From positions 125,970 to 189,969 of the forward strand of contig CAVOOM010000008.1 of NCBI GenBank assembly GCA_963697565.1: a stretch of DNA of 64,000 nt, in the 5' to 3' direction. This DNA comes from an uncultured Actinomycetota bacterium. Its GTDB lineage: Bacteria; Actinomycetota; Actinomycetes; CAVWCF01. Below the pieces are notes generated by a model, which was not told where the DNA came from, ran no database searches, and worked only from the letters and a program-made list of their open reading frames with translations. This document shows, piece after piece, positions 1 to 14,545 of this stretch. Within the stretch, counting starts at the first letter, position 1. Every line of letters starts with the position of its first letter. The position numbers and the translations under genes were made by a program.

Positions 1-2200
<2,200 letters not shown>

Positions 2201-2208
<8 letters not shown>

Positions 2209-2942
2209 GCTCGTCCATCCAGGAGTGCGTCGGAACGGCGTCCCGCAGGGGCTCGGGGCTCAGCAGCGATGCCGGTGGCGCCAGCGGCGCGTCGGCGGCG
2301 ACGGTGAGCAGGAAGTCGCCGTGCCGGCACCACCAGCCGGGGAAGACCGCGCCCTCGACGGCCTCGACGGTCAGGGCGCGCCACTCGCCGACTTGCTCGT
2401 CGTGCAGCGTGACCTCGACGGTTCGGGTGTCGCGCCGCAAGCCGGTCTGCAGCACCTTGAGGGCGCTCTCCTTCGCCGACCAGATCAGGTTCGCCAGCAG
2501 GTCGTGGTCCGTCTCTCGGGGCGGCCACCACCGCTCGCTCCGCCGGGGTGAACCAGTCGGCGACGAAGGCCGGCGAGCGCTCCTCGACGAGTTCGAGGTC
2601 GCAGCCCACCAGCCGGTCCGACGGGCCGATCAGGCAGACAGCCCACCCGGCGCGGTCGGTGAGCGAGATCGAGCAGGGGGCGGGGTCGCCGGCGACGAAG
2701 GCCAGCGGGGCGCCGGTGGGTGCGGGCCGCACCTCGACGCGGTGCGGGTCGGCCGCCGCGGGGTGCAGGGCGTAGGCAAGCGCCTGCTTGGCGGTCCACC
2801 GGCTGACCAGGAAGTCGTTGCGGCGCTTGGCAAACCGCATACCCGCCGCGCGCTCGGCCTCCAGGGGGCTCAGCCACTCCCGGCCGGGGGGGACGTGCTG
2901 CTCGCCCAAGGCCAGCCAGCGCAGCGACGGGGAGTCGTCCAT
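2201..2942 (-). CDS. Sfp-type 4'-phosphopantetheinyl transferase (one frameshift near 2515)
   Basis: ISLTDR and VGCDLE in the first frame; after the shift, LIWSAKESALK (WxxKE(A/S)xxK motif). Confidence 0.85.
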
Positions 2943-2968
2943 CCGGTGAGTGTGACGGCTCGATCGGC

Positions 2969-3250
2969 TCAGGCGTACGTCTCGGTGGCGATCGCCTCGA
3001 CGACGCGGGCGGTGTCCCAGTCCTCGGAGCCCGGGATGGTCGGCACGAAGCCGACGAGGACCCCGTTGCTCATCACCTGGGCCTCCAGCCCGGCGGCCCC
3101 GTCGCTGTCCCAGATCGCCTCGCGGCCCTCAGGCAGGACGACCCGCACGGCGGCCCGGTACATCCCCTGGCCGCGGACGTGGGCGAACATGCCTCGCCCC
3201 CGCAGCGCCGCCACGACCGCCTCTGCCTGCTCTCGTTGCACGGCGGCCAC
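2969..3250 (-). CDS. Small hypothetical protein
   Basis: 93-aa ORF with typical high-GC codon usage, co-oriented with the PPTase. Confidence 0.6.
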   Translation of the reverse strand: MAAVQREQAEAVVAALRGRGMFAHVRGQGMYRAAVRVVLPEGREAIWDSDGAAGLEAQVMSNGVLVGFVPTIPGSEDWDTARVVEAIATETYA

Positions 3251-3365
3251 TGTGCCACAGCCTCCGTACGGCGGCCTGCCGCGCGACTTCGCTGCGCAAT
3301 GCCTCGCGCGCCTCTAGATTGGCGAGCCGGTGCGAGGTTCGCCCCCGGATGGCAGAAAGGCACGG

Positions 3366-6300
3366 ATGCCGACCACGACGAGCCACGAGGACGTGGCGGC
3401 AGGTCCGCAGCCGCTTGTCGTCCGGTCAGGGCGGGTCACCGACCGCACCGTGCTGCTGGTCGCCTCGCTCGGGGCCTTCCTCGCCTTCCTCGACGCGACG
3501 ATCGTCAACGTCGCGTTCCCCAGCATCCGGGCGTCCTTCCCGGAGACCTCGATCAGCGAGCTGTCCTGGGTCCTGAACTCATACAACATCGTGTTCGCCG
3601 CGTTCCTCGTGCCGGCCGGGCGGATGGCGGACCTGATCGGGCGGCGCCGGGCCTTCGCCTGGGGCGTCCTGGTCTTCACGGTGTTCTCCGTGATCTGCGC
3701 GGTGGCCCCGACCGTTGAGTGGCTGATCGCGGCCCGAGCGTTTCAGGCCCTGGGCGCGGCGCTGCTCGTCCCGGCCTCGCTGGGCCTGGTCGTCCAGGCC
3801 TTCGACCCCGAGCACCGCACCCACGCCGTCGGCCTGTGGGGGGCATCGGCGGCGGTGGCGGCCGGCCTGGGGCCGCCCGTCGGCGGACTGCTCATCGAGA
3901 TCGGCGACTGGCGCTGGGCCTTCCTGATCAACCTGCCGGTCGGGCTGCTGGCGCTGCTGGCCGCCCGCCGCCAGCTCGTCGAGAGCCGGGCTCCAGGGCG
4001 GCGGACGGTCCCGGACCTGCGCGGAGCGTCGCTGTTCGCGCTCGCGCTGGCGCTGCTCACCACGGCGATCGTCCAGGGCAACGACTGGGGCTGGACCAGT
4101 GTCGGGATCCTGGCGTGCGTGATCGGCGCGGCGCTTGCGCTGGCCGCCTTCGTGTGGAGCTCGCGCCACCACCGATCCCCGCTGCTGGACCCGGCGTTGC
4201 TGCGCATCCGGCCGTTCACCGTCGCCAACGTGGCCACCGCGTTCGCCGGCGTGGGCTTCTACGCGTACCTGCTGGTGAACATCCTGTGGTTGCAGTACGT
4301 CTGGGGCTACAACGTCCTGCAGGCGGGCCTCGCGCTCGTGCCCGGCGCCCTGGTCGCTGCCGTCGTGGCCGCCGTGCTGGGACCGCGGGCAGCGGCTGGC
4401 GGCTACCGGCGGTTCATCGTCCCGGGCGCGCTGGTGTGGGTGGCGGCGTACGCCTGGTACTACAACCAGACGGGGCTGGAGCCGGACTTCCTCGGGGTCT
4501 GGCTGCCCGGCCAGGTGCTCAGCGGGATCGGCGCGGGGGCCGTCCTGCCGCTCCTGGGCAGCGCCGCGCTCGCCTCCGTGCCAGGGGGCAGATACGCGAC
4601 CGCCTCAGCGGTGGTCTCCAGCTCTCGGCAGATCGGCGGGGTGCTGGGGATCGCGCTGCTCGTCGTCATCATCGGCACCCCCGCGCCGGCCACCGCGGCC
4701 GACGACCTGAGGCCGGGGTGGCTGTTCGCCGCCGGTTGCTTCGCCGTGTGCGCGGCGGCGGCGGCCGCCATCGGCCGGATCCCCGAGTCCCGGGTTGAGG
4801 CCGCCGACGAGGGTGACGCGGCGCGAGCCGTGATCCTGCTCCCACGGCGGGGCGAGCCGAGCGATGGCGGTGGGACTGAGGCGCTGCCGCTGCTGGGCCG
4901 CCTCCCGGCGCAGGTCCGATCCGCGCTGGAGGACTCGGCCCGGCAGATCACCCTGCCCGCGGGCGGCTGGCTCATGCGCGCGGGGGACGCGGCGGATTCG
5001 CTGTACCTCGTCACCAGCGGGCGGCTGGAGGTCGTCGTCGACGACGCGGTGGTGCGGGAGTTGGGGCCGGGATCGGCCATCGGGGAGCTCGCGCTGCTCA
5101 CCGGGGGGACGCGATCGGCGTCCATCCGGGCCCGGCGCGACAGCACCCTGGCTGAGATCTCGCGGTCGGTCTTCGACTCGGCGGTCCGCGCGGATCCGGA
5201 GGCGCTCTCGGTGCTCACGCGCGTGCTCGCCGAACAGCTCCAGTCGCCCCAGGCCCCGCAGCTCGCCGTGGGCTCCCGGCCGTCGGTGGTGGCGGTGCTG
5301 GGACTGCACGAGGGCGCGCCCGCCGCGGCGGTCGCGGAGGCGCTCGTCGGTGAGCTCCGGCGCGATCTGACGGTGGCGATCCCAGGCCGGCTGGATGCCG
5401 AGGGGGTGCTGCGCGCAGAACGCGACCACGATCGGGTGGTGCTCGTCGCGGATCTGGCCGACGGCGACGGCTGGCGATTCGCGCTGCGTCAGGCCGACCA
5501 CGTGGTCCTGGTGTCCGGCGACATCGACCCGGCAACCGCCGCCGAGGTGGACCTGCACGGCGCCGACCTGGTCCTGGTTGGGCCCCGCCCGGTGCGCGAG
5601 CGGGTGCGTGAGTGGTCCGAACTGCTGCAGCCCTGGCAGATCACGTACGCGCTCGGCGAGCCGCTCAGCGGGGCGCTGCGGCCCGTGGCCGCGCGCATCG
5701 CCGGCACCTCGGTGGGCCTGGTGCTGGCGGGCGGCGGGGCCCGGGCCTTCGCGCACATCGGGGTGCTGCAGGTCCTGGCCGAGGCCGGGGTGCGCGTCGA
5801 CCGCGTGGCCGGGTGCAGCCTCGGTTCGATCGTCGCCGGCCTGCACGCCGCGGGGCACAGCCCCGAGGAGATCCAGGCGGTCTGCTACCAGGGGTTCGTC
5901 CGCCATTCGCCGTTCAGCGACTACACCCTCCCGACGGTCTCCCTGGCCAAGGGGCGACGGGCCGGGCGCGAGATCGAGCGGCAGTTCGGCGAGGTGCTGA
6001 TCGAGGAGCTGCCGCACCAGTTCAGCTGCGTGAGCACCGATCTGCTCGCCCGCCGCCAGCACGTCCACCGAACCGGGCGGCTCTCCGACGCCATCCAGGC
6101 CTCGCTCGCGCTTCCGGTGCTCTTCCCGCCGCGCCGGTTCGGGCGACCAGCTGCTGGTCGACGGGGGCATCCTCGACAACCTCCCGGTGGGGCTGCTCAC
6201 CGAGCGCGACGAGGGGCCGGTGCTGGCGGTCAACATCGCTATGGGCGGGGGAGGGGGCGGACCGCGCCGCGCGGGGCCGCCGCGGACGCCGCCACTGGGC

Positions 6301-6510
6301 GACACGATGCTGCGCACGATGATGATCGGCAGCGGCGGCGCGGTGGAGACGGCGCTCGCCCAGGGCGCCGCCGTCATCACGCCGCCGCCCATGGGCGTGG
6401 GGCTGCTGGAGTTCCACCAGCTGGACCTCATTGTGGAGACCGGCCGGATGGCGGCTCGCCAGCTGCTGGAGGAGACGGGCGGGTCCTTCCCGGGGACCGC
6501 CTGGGGCTGA
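3366..6510 (+). CDS. DHA2-type MFS transporter fused to cNMP-binding and patatin-like phospholipase domains (frameshift near 6140)
   Basis: LDATIVNVAFP, GRMADLIGRR, WRWAFLINLPVG (MFS); GELALL...RSASIRA (cNMP); LAGGGARA and GCSLG, then DGG in the shifted frame ending at TGA 6510. Confidence 0.9.
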
Positions 6511-6517
6511 GTGAGCC

Positions 6518-7560
6518 TCAGCCCTGCGGCCGAACAGGCGCCTGAGGCGGCCGCCCGAGCTGCCGCCATCGACGCCGCCCACCCCGGCGGCGGCCATCTG
6601 CTCGCGCACGACGGCCTCGGTCACCCGGTCGTACCCGTTCTGCTGCGCGTAGTCCTCGAGGTTGCCGACCGCGAAGCGCCGGACGAAGCGGGGGGCCTTG
6701 GCCACCATGGCGACCGCCTCGTCGTCCCACTCCATGCTGGTCTTCAACCCGGCCTTTGCGGCGGCGTCGGTGATGGCGCCCGCGGCCGCGGCGGCGGAGC
6801 GGGCGGCGGCCTTCGCCTCCCGGTCCTGCTTGCGGGCCCAGTACTCCGACTCGGGGGTGCGGGTGGCCTCGTACAGGCCCTTCACATCCGGCGCCGCGGT
6901 CAGGATCGGCACGAGGTTGTTGGCCCAGCGCGCCGGCACGATGACGAACATCTCGTTGGGGCGCAGCTTGTTGGCCATGCGCCCGCCGAAGTCGCCGGTG
7001 GTGAGGATCACGTTGTCGTCGAAGAACGGCGTGACGAAGGCGTCCGTGCAGAACGACGATCCGGCCGCCGCGCTCGGCTGCACCCCGTCCTCGACGGCCC
7101 GCGCGGCGGCGATCTGCGAGGCCCACACCGGTTCGCAGACGACCACGATCCACTCGACCTCGGCGCCCTCGGGGACCGCGTCGAGCGGCGCCGCGCCGAG
7201 GCCCTTGACCGCGCCGAGCGGCAGCTTGAAGCGGCCGCTGTTGACGGCCAGGCCGGCCTCGTCGGTGTACGCGGAGATGTAGAGCGGCAGCAGCCGGCCG
7301 CTGGCGATGACCTCGGTGCCCTCGTCGAAGCCGGTGAGGAACGAGCCGTGCGAGCAGTCGTGCATCGCGCCGTTCATGTGGACGGCGCGATCCTCGTCCC
7401 GGGCAATGCGCAGGATGCCGCAGGCGTCGACCCGCGGGCTGGTCGCGTACGCGGGGTGGATCTCGTCACGGAAGAGCGTGACCGCCACCGGCTTGCCGCG
7501 GATCTTGCCTTGAAGACCGGCGCAGATCCCCGCGATGTCCAAGGGGGCGCTCTCAGCCAT
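6518..7560 (-). CDS. DUF169-family protein with C-terminal PCP_red-like helical domain
   Basis: N-terminal KPVAV with several Cys (DACG, HDCSHG, SFCTD); C-terminal MEWDDEAVAMVAKAPRFVRRFAVGNLEDYAQQNGYDRVTEAVV. True stop probably TGA at 6518-6520, missed through a 1-nt G-run error. Confidence 0.65.
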
Positions 7561-7575
7561 CGGCTCGACTCCCTC

Positions 7576-8220
7576 TCATGCCTCGACGTAGAGGCAGACC
7601 TCGTTGCCCTCGGGATCGGCGAGCACCCAGAACGACTCGTGCTCGGCGAGCAGGCGCCCGCCTAGGGCGACGAGCAGGTCGCGGCGGGCCGCCGCCTCGT
7701 GCCGGGGGAGGTAGAGGTCGAGGTGCAGTCGGTTCTTGCCGGCCTTCGCCGCGGCCACCTGCTGGAACCACATCCGCGGGCCGGCGCCGTCGGGGTCGGC
7801 GAGCTCCTCGTCACCGACCAGCACGTAGCGGAGCGCGGCCGCCCACCAGGGAACCAGGCGAGCCGGCTCGGCGCAGTCGACGCAGATCTCCAGCCGGGGC
7901 TTGCGGTCGACCGCGTCGTCGGTGTGCACGCCGTGGTCGGCGGCGACCGCTGAGATGCGGTGCGCGAGCTCCACATCGAGCTGGGTGACCCCGCCAGCCG
8001 AGTGCGTCGACAGGGCCACGTGCAGCGTGCGCCAACGCACATCGACGTCGGGGTGGTGGTCCATCTCCTCGGCCAGCTCGGCGACCTCGTCCAGGATGGC
8101 GATCGCCTCCGGGAACGTCGCGGCGGTGATGGACCGCCGCAGCGCGCCGTCGGCGAGCCGCCAGCCCGGCAGGTCGAGCAGCTGGCGGGCGATCTCGGGC
8201 TCGGTGAGCAGTCGGCTCAT
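7576..8220 (-). CDS. Pterin-4a-carbinolamine dehydratase fused to a VOC/glyoxalase-like domain
   Basis: MDHHPDV...LSTHSAGGVTQLD, then KNRLHLDL...LADPEGNEVC. Confidence 0.85.
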   Translation of the reverse strand: MSRLLTEPEIARQLLDLPGWRLADGALRRSITAATFPEAIAILDEVAELAEEMDHHPDVDVRWRTLHVALSTHSAGGVTQLDVELAHRISAVAADHGVHTDDAVDRKPRLEICVDCAEPARLVPWWAAALRYVLVGDEELADPDGAGPRMWFQQVAAAKAGKNRLHLDLYLPRHEAAARRDLLVALGGRLLAEHESFWVLADPEGNEVCLYVEA

Positions 8221-8259
8221 GGGGAGCACCCTGCCATGGGCGCGTGCCAGGCTGCTGCC

Positions 8260-9396
8260 ATGAGTGCCCGGTCGTACGACGCGGCGGTGGTGGGCGGGGG
8301 CATTGCCGGGGTCTCCGCGGCGTACGAGCTCGCGCGCGTCGGGGCGAGCGTCATCGTGCTGGAGCGCGAGGCGGCCCTCGCCCACCACACCACCGGGCGG
8401 TCGGCGGCGCAGTACCTCGAGAACTACGGCGAGGAGGCCGTGCGCCGGCTCACGTTGGCCAGCCGTCCGTTCTTCGAGGCACCTCCGGCGGGGTTCGCCG
8501 ACGCCCCCCTGCTGGCGCCGCGGCCGATGCTGGAGGTGGGCGGCCCGGACCGGCGCGACGCCGTGGCCGACCTCGCGCGGCGGGGGGCGGCGATGGTGCC
8601 CAGCATCCGGCTGGTCGACCGGGCCGAGATCGCCGTGCTGTGCCCGGTCCTGCGTCCGACCGCGGCCGCGTGGGGCGCGTACGAGCCGGAGGCGCTCGAT
8701 CTCGACGTGATGGCGCTGCACCAGGGCTACGTGCGCGGGCTGCGCACGGCGGGCGGGGAGATCGCGCGCTCTGCAGAGGTGGGGTCCATCGCGCGGGACG
8801 GCGCAGCGTGGTCGCTGGCTGCCGCCGGCCGTACGGTGCGGGCCGGCCTCCTCGTGAACGCCGCGGGCGCCTGGGCCGACGAGCTGGCGGTCCGCGCGGG
8901 GGTGGCCCGCGTGGGCCTGCGGCCGTTGCGGCGCACGGCGTTCACGGTCGGCCTGCCCGCAGGCGTCGACGGCCGGGCGTGGCCGCTGGTCCACGACATC
9001 GACGAGGGCTGGTACTTCAAGCCGGAGGGCGACGGGCTGCTGGTGTCGCCGGCCGATGAGACCCCCAGCGATCCCTGCGACGCCCGGGCCGACCCGGCCG
9101 ACGTCGCCCTGGCCCTCGATCGGCTCCGCGAGGCGACGACCCTGGACGTGCGCCACGTCCGCTCCGCGTGGGCCGGGTTGCGCACCTTCGCGCCGGACCG
9201 GGTGCTCGTCCTCGGCCCCGATCCCGACCTCCCGTCGTTCATCTGGTGCGCGGGGCAGGGCGGGTTCGGGATCCAGACGGCGCCGGCAGCGGCCCAGCTG
9301 GTGGCGGCCGAGGCGACCGGGTCGCCGCTCCCGGCGGGGTTGGCGGAGGCGGGGGTGTCTGCGGCGGCGCTGGCCGCTTCGCGGCTGAGGGGGTGA
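8260..9396 (+). CDS. FAD-dependent oxidoreductase, D-amino acid oxidase family
   Basis: VVGGGIAG dinucleotide motif, [29 protein letters not shown]. Confidence 0.85.
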   Translation: MSARSYDAAVVGGGIAGVSAAYELARVGASVIVLEREAALAHHTTGRSAAQYLENYGEEAVRRLTLASRPFFEAPPAGFADAPLLAPRPMLEVGGPDRRDAVADLARRGAAMVPSIRLVDRAEIAVLCPVLRPTAAAWGAYEPEALDLDVMALHQGYVRGLRTAGGEIARSAEVGSIARDGAAWSLAAAGRTVRAGLLVNAAGAWADELAVRAGVARVGLRPLRRTAFTVGLPAGVDGRAWPLVHDIDEGWYFKPEGDGLLVSPADETPSDPCDARADPADVALALDRLREATTLDVRHVRSAWAGLRTFAPDRVLVLGPDPDLPSFIWCAGQGGFGIQTAPAAAQLVAAEATGSPLPAGLAEAGVSAAALAASRLRG

Positions 9397-9449
9397 CCGC
9401 CGGCGGGTACCCTGGTGCGACCGCCCCCCACAGGATCGAGCGCTCCCGC

Positions 9450-11345
9450 ATGCCCGAGCAGGCCCAGACCCCGCACGACCCCGCGACCGCCCGCCGTCGC
9501 GAGGGCCTGCGCAACGTCGCGATCGTCGCCCACGTCGACCACGGCAAGACCACCCTCGTCGACGCGATGCTCTGGCAGAGCGGCGCCTTCCGCGCCAACC
9601 AGGACGTCGATGACCGCGTCATGGACTCGATGGACCTCGAGCGTGAGAAGGGCATCACGATCCTGGCCAAGAACACCGCCGTGCTGCACCGGATGCCCGA
9701 CGGCTCCGATGTGCTCGTCAACATCATCGACACCCCCGGCCACGCCGACTTCGGCGGCGAGGTGGAGCGCGGCCTGGAGATGGTCGACGGCGTGCTGCTG
9801 CTGGTGGACGCGAGCGAGGGCCCGCTGCCGCAGACCCGCTTCGTGCTGCGCAAGGCGCTGCAGAAGCGGCTCCCCGTCATCCTGGTGGTGAACAAGGTGG
9901 ACCGCCCGGACGCCCGCATCGGCGAGGTCGTCGACGAGGCGTACGAGCTGTTCCTCGACCTCGACGCCGACGAAGGCCAGATCGACTTCCCGATCGTCTA
10001 CGCCGCGGCCAAGGCCGGCCGCGCGTCGCTCACCCGGCCCGGAGACGGCACCATGCCGGACTCGGAGAACCTGCAGCCGCTGTTCGAGACGATCGTGCGG
10101 TCCATCCCCGCGCCGACCTACCACGAGGGCGCGCCCCTGCAGGCGCACGTGACGAACCTGGACGCCTCCCCGTACCTCGGCCGCCTCGCCCTGTGCCGGG
10201 TGCACGAGGGCACGCTGCGCAAGGGGCAGAGCGTCGTGTGGTTCCGCCACGACGGCAGCCAGGAGCGGGTCAAGCTCACCGAGATGCTGGTCACCAAGGC
10301 CCTCGAGCGGGTGCCTGCCGAGGAGGCCGGGCCCGGCGACATCGTGGCGATCGCCGGGATCCCCGAGATCACCATCGGCGACACCCTGGCCGACCCCGAG
10401 GACCCGCGTCCGCTGCCGGTCATCACGGTCGACGAGCCGTCGATCTCGATGACCATCGGCATCAACACCTCGCCGTTGGCGGGGGAGAGCGGCAAGAAGC
10501 TCACCGCCCGCCTCGTCAAGAACCGCCTCGACGCCGAGCTCGTCGGCAACGTGTCGATCCGCGTGCTGCCCACCGAGCGCCCCGACACCTGGGAGGTCCA
10601 GGGCCGCGGCGAGCTGCAGCTGGCGATCCTGGTCGAGCTGATGCGCCGCGAGGGCTTCGAGCTGACCGTCGGCAAGCCCCAGGTGGTCACGCGCATCGTC
10701 GACGGCAGCGTGCACGAGCCGATGGAGCGCCTCACCATCGACATCCCCGAGGACTACCTCGGCGTGGTGACCCAGCTGATGGCGCTGCGCAAGGGCCGCA
10801 TGGAGCAGATGGTCAACCACGGCACCGGCTGGATCCGGATGGAGTACCTCGTGCCGGCGCGCGGGCTGATCGGCTTCCGCACCGAGTTCCTCACCGAGAC
10901 GCGGGGCACCGGCCTGCTGCACCACGTCTTCGAGCGGTACGAGAAGTGGCACGGCGAGCTGCGCACGCGGCCCACCGGGTCCCTCGTCGCCGACCGCCGG
11001 GGCCCGACGACCGGCTTCGCGCTGGCGAACCTGCAGGAGCGCGGGACGATGTTCGTCGGCCCCGGCACCGAGGTGTACGAGGGCATGGTCGTGGGCGAGA
11101 ACGCCCGCTCCGACGACATGGACGTCAACGCCACCAAGGAGAAGAAGCTGACGAACATGCGTCAGTCCTCCAGCGACGTGCTCGTGCCGCTGATCCCGTT
11201 CAAGCAGATGGGCATGGAGCAGGCGCTGGAGTTCTGCCGCGAGGACGAGTGCGTCGAGGTGACGCCGGCGACCGTGCGCATCCGCAAGGTCGTCCTGAAC
11301 GCCAACGACCGGGAGAAGACGCGCTCCCGCGCGAAGAAGAACTAG
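9450..11345 (+). CDS. typA: Translational GTPase TypA/BipA
   Basis: [43 protein letters not shown]. Confidence 0.97.
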   Translation: MPEQAQTPHDPATARRREGLRNVAIVAHVDHGKTTLVDAMLWQSGAFRANQDVDDRVMDSMDLEREKGITILAKNTAVLHRMPDGSDVLVNIIDTPGHADFGGEVERGLEMVDGVLLLVDASEGPLPQTRFVLRKALQKRLPVILVVNKVDRPDARIGEVVDEAYELFLDLDADEGQIDFPIVYAAAKAGRASLTRPGDGTMPDSENLQPLFETIVRSIPAPTYHEGAPLQAHVTNLDASPYLGRLALCRVHEGTLRKGQSVVWFRHDGSQERVKLTEMLVTKALERVPAEEAGPGDIVAIAGIPEITIGDTLADPEDPRPLPVITVDEPSISMTIGINTSPLAGESGKKLTARLVKNRLDAELVGNVSIRVLPTERPDTWEVQGRGELQLAILVELMRREGFELTVGKPQVVTRIVDGSVHEPMERLTIDIPEDYLGVVTQLMALRKGRMEQMVNHGTGWIRMEYLVPARGLIGFRTEFLTETRGTGLLHHVFERYEKWHGELRTRPTGSLVADRRGPTTGFALANLQERGTMFVGPGTEVYEGMVVGENARSDDMDVNATKEKKLTNMRQSSSDVLVPLIPFKQMGMEQALEFCREDECVEVTPATVRIRKVVLNANDREKTRSRAKKN

Positions 11346-13434
11346 CGAGCAAGCGCCCGGCTGAGCCACTCGGCCTGCAGCCGCAAGAGGTTCTCGGCGA
11401 CGTCGACCTGCGGCGTCATGTGCGTGACGCCGGTCAGCGGCAGCACGTCGTGCGCCTTGCCGGCGGCCAGCAGCGCCGTCGAAAGCCGCAGCGTGTGCGC
11501 CGCCACGACGTTGTCGTCGGCGAGGCCGTGGATGAGCAGCAGCGGCCGGGACAGGCCGCTGGCCAGCGGCAGCAGGGACGATCGCTCGTAGGCCTCGGGG
11601 TGCTCGTCCGGGAGCCCGAGGTAGCGCTCGGTGTAGGCGGTGTCGTACAACGACCAGTCAACGCCGGGCGCCCCGGCGATGGCGGCGTGGAAGAGGTCGG
11701 GCCGCCTCAAGACCGCCAGCGCGGCGAGGTAGCCGCCGAACGACCAGCCTCGGATCGCCACCCGCGACAGGTCGAGCGCCTCGTGCTCGGCGGCGACGGC
11801 GAGCAGGGCCGTCGGCCTGGTCTTCGAGCACCGGCGTCGGCGATGTCGAACCGCACCGCCCGCTCCCACGAGGGCTCCCGCGGGGTGCCGCGGCCGTCGA
11901 CCACGAGGACGGCGTACCCCTGCTCGGCGAACCACTGCGAGACGGTGTGCGCGGGCATCGAGGCAAGCACGCGAGGGCCGTGGGGACCGCCGTACGGGTC
12001 CATGAGCACCGGCAGCGGGGGGTCGCCGGGCCGCCACCACGAGGGCAGCAGCAGCGCGGCGCGGATGCCCCGTGCACCGGCCGTGAGCAGCGCGGGGCGG
12101 GCTCGGATCTCGGGCTCCTCGGCGAGTGAGGCGATCCGTGCCACCTCGGCCCCGCCGCGGAGCACCCGGACCACGGCTCCAGGCGCCTCGGGCGTGGAAG
12201 ACGACAGCACCGTGGTCTGGCCACCCCTGCGGGCGGTGTGCAGGCCGGGCTCGGCGGTCAGCGTGGTGACGCCGGCGGCGGAGACGAGCACCACGTGCCG
12301 CTCGGTCGGCTCGGCCGAGCCGAGGACGAGGAGATCGCCCTCCTCTGCGCCGACCACCCCGCGCACCTGGAAACCGGCTGGCGTCAGCGGCTCGCCGTCG
12401 GCGAGCAGCGTGTACGTGTCGTCGACCACCTCGACGGTGACGAGGCGCCCGGCGCCGTCCCAGCAGGGGACGCCGGGCACGACGTCGACCCAGCAGGGGT
12501 CGGCCTGCTCGCGCACGACGCGGGCCCCGCCATCCTCGACCGCGAGCACCTGGGCTCGCTCCTGCCGGCGGGTCAGCACCTGGACCAGCGCCGGGCCATC
12601 CGACGTCCAGGACACTGCACGGCGACGTACGGGAACTCCTCGCGGTCCCAGGCCACCTCGGCGCGGACGCCGTCCAATCCGATCCGCCACAGCGACACGT
12701 CGGCGTTCGCCGTCCCGGCCACGGGGTACCGGTGCTCGCGCGGCCGTGCCGACGGGTGTGCCGGGTCGCTGATCCACCACGTCGCGACGGGGGTCTCGTC
12801 GACCCGCTCGGCGAGCAGGACGTCGGAGTCCGGCGACCACCAGAACCCGCGGAAGCGGTCGAGCTCCTCGCTGGCGATGAAGTCGGCGAGCCCCCAGGCG
12901 ACGTGCTCGCCGTCGGCCTCGGCGAGAGCCCTCTCGCCCGAGCCGTCCCACGCCGACGACATGCAGGCCGCCGGAAGCCGCGTAGGCGATCCACGCGCCG
13001 TCGGGGGAGGGCCTGGGGTCGACCACCGCCCCCGCGGCAGGCAGCTCGCGGACCTCGCCTGAGGCCAGGTCGGCGGCGAACAGCCGAGAGGAGAGGGCGA
13101 ACGCCACCCGTGTCCCACACCGGTCGGCGGCGAACCCGGTGATCCCGGCGCCGCCCTCGCGCATCCGCTCGCGTCGGGCCCGCTCCTCGGCGGACAGCGA
13201 CTCGCCGCCGCCTGCCAGCAGGACGCGCGGATCGGCGACCACCCGCTCGGCGCCGGAGGCCACGTCCAGGACGTGCAGCGCGCAGGCTGGGTCCTGCGGT
13301 CCGCTCGAGCGCAGGAACGCCACCAGCGAACCGTCTGCTGAGACGTGGAAGGCGCGTGGTGAGCCGTGGGTGAACCGCCCGGTCAGCGCGCTGCGGCGGG
13401 GGAAGGCGGCGACCGCGGGGGCTGGCGAGGACAT
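11342..13434 (-). CDS. S9 family (dipeptidyl peptidase IV-like) serine peptidase; several frameshifts (~12970, ~12620, ~11820)
   Basis: PYGGP, GWSFGG nucleophile motif, [15 protein letters not shown] and TH distributed over three frames. Confidence 0.88.
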
Positions 13435-13463
13435 GGCCGAGATCCTCCCCGACAATGGCCCCC

Positions 13464-14367
13464 ATGAGCGACTCAGGATCCACGGCCGCGCGCCGCATGC
13501 TGCTGGTGCACGCGCACCCCGACGACGAGACGATCGGCACCGGCGTGACGATGGCCCGGTACGCCGACGAGGGGGCCCAGGTGACCCTCGTGACCTGCAC
13601 CCGCGGCGAGGAGGGCGAGGTCCTCGTCCCCGAGCTGGAGACGTTGGCCGCCCACCACGACGACGAGCTGGGCGAGCACCGGCAGGAGGAGCTGGCCGAG
13701 GCGATGCGCCGGCTCGGCGTCACCGACCACCGCTTCCTCGGCGGACCCGGGCGCTGGCGCGACTCCGGCATGGTCGGCACCGAGCCGAACGAGCGCTCCG
13801 ACTCGTTCTGGCGCGCCGACCTGCGCGAGGCGGCCACCGAGCTGGCCGCGGTGATCCGCGAGGTCCGGCCGCAGGTGCTCGTGACGTACGACGACTTCGG
13901 TGGCTACGGCCACCCCGACCACGTCCAGGCCCACCGGGTCGCGATGTACGGCGCGCAGCTGGCAGCGGCCCCCTCGTACCGTCCAGACCTGGGCGAGGCG
14001 TGGGCGATCCCGAAGATCTACTGGACGGCGATTCCGCGGTCGTTCATCCAGCAGGGGATCGACGCGCTGGTCGCCGCGGGCGAGTCCGGGTTCTTCGGGG
14101 TCACCAGCGCCGATGAGTTCCCGTTCGCGGTCGACGACGCCCTGGTGACGACGGTGGTCGACGGGCGTCGCGTACGAGCCGCGCAAGATGGACGCGCTGC
14201 GCGCCCACGAGACCCAGGTGGTGGCCGAGGGCCCGTTCTTCGCGGTCGCCGAGCGGATCGGCCCGGAGGCGATGGGCCTGGAGTTCTTCCGGCTCGTCCA
14301 GGGCGAGCCCGCCGGCCCGTACGACGGGCAGGGCCGGGAGACCGACCTGTTCGCCGGGGTGGCGTAG
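13464..14367 (+). CDS. mshB: GlcNAc-Ins deacetylase of mycothiol biosynthesis (frameshift near 14165)
   Basis: [27 protein letters not shown]; C-terminus [11 protein letters not shown]...ETDLFAGVA* in the shifted frame. Confidence 0.9.
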
Positions 14368-14545
14368 CGAGCCTGGCCACCGCGCGGTCTCGGTCACCGA
14401 GAGTGACCACCGTTGGCTCTGTGCGAGCGAGCGTCGCCGATGGTGACCCGCCCGGGTGACAGCGGGTGACGGGCGCGGCGCGCCGCGGGGAGGATCGCCC
14501 CAGGAGGCCGCCCACCCGGGCGGACGCCGGCGAGAGGACCCCACC

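Noticed and set aside
6022-6545. About 500-nt convergent overlap between the patatin fusion and the DUF169 gene
   Set aside because: Both extensions come from 1-nt errors; the corrected stops at 6510 and 6518 abut without overlap.
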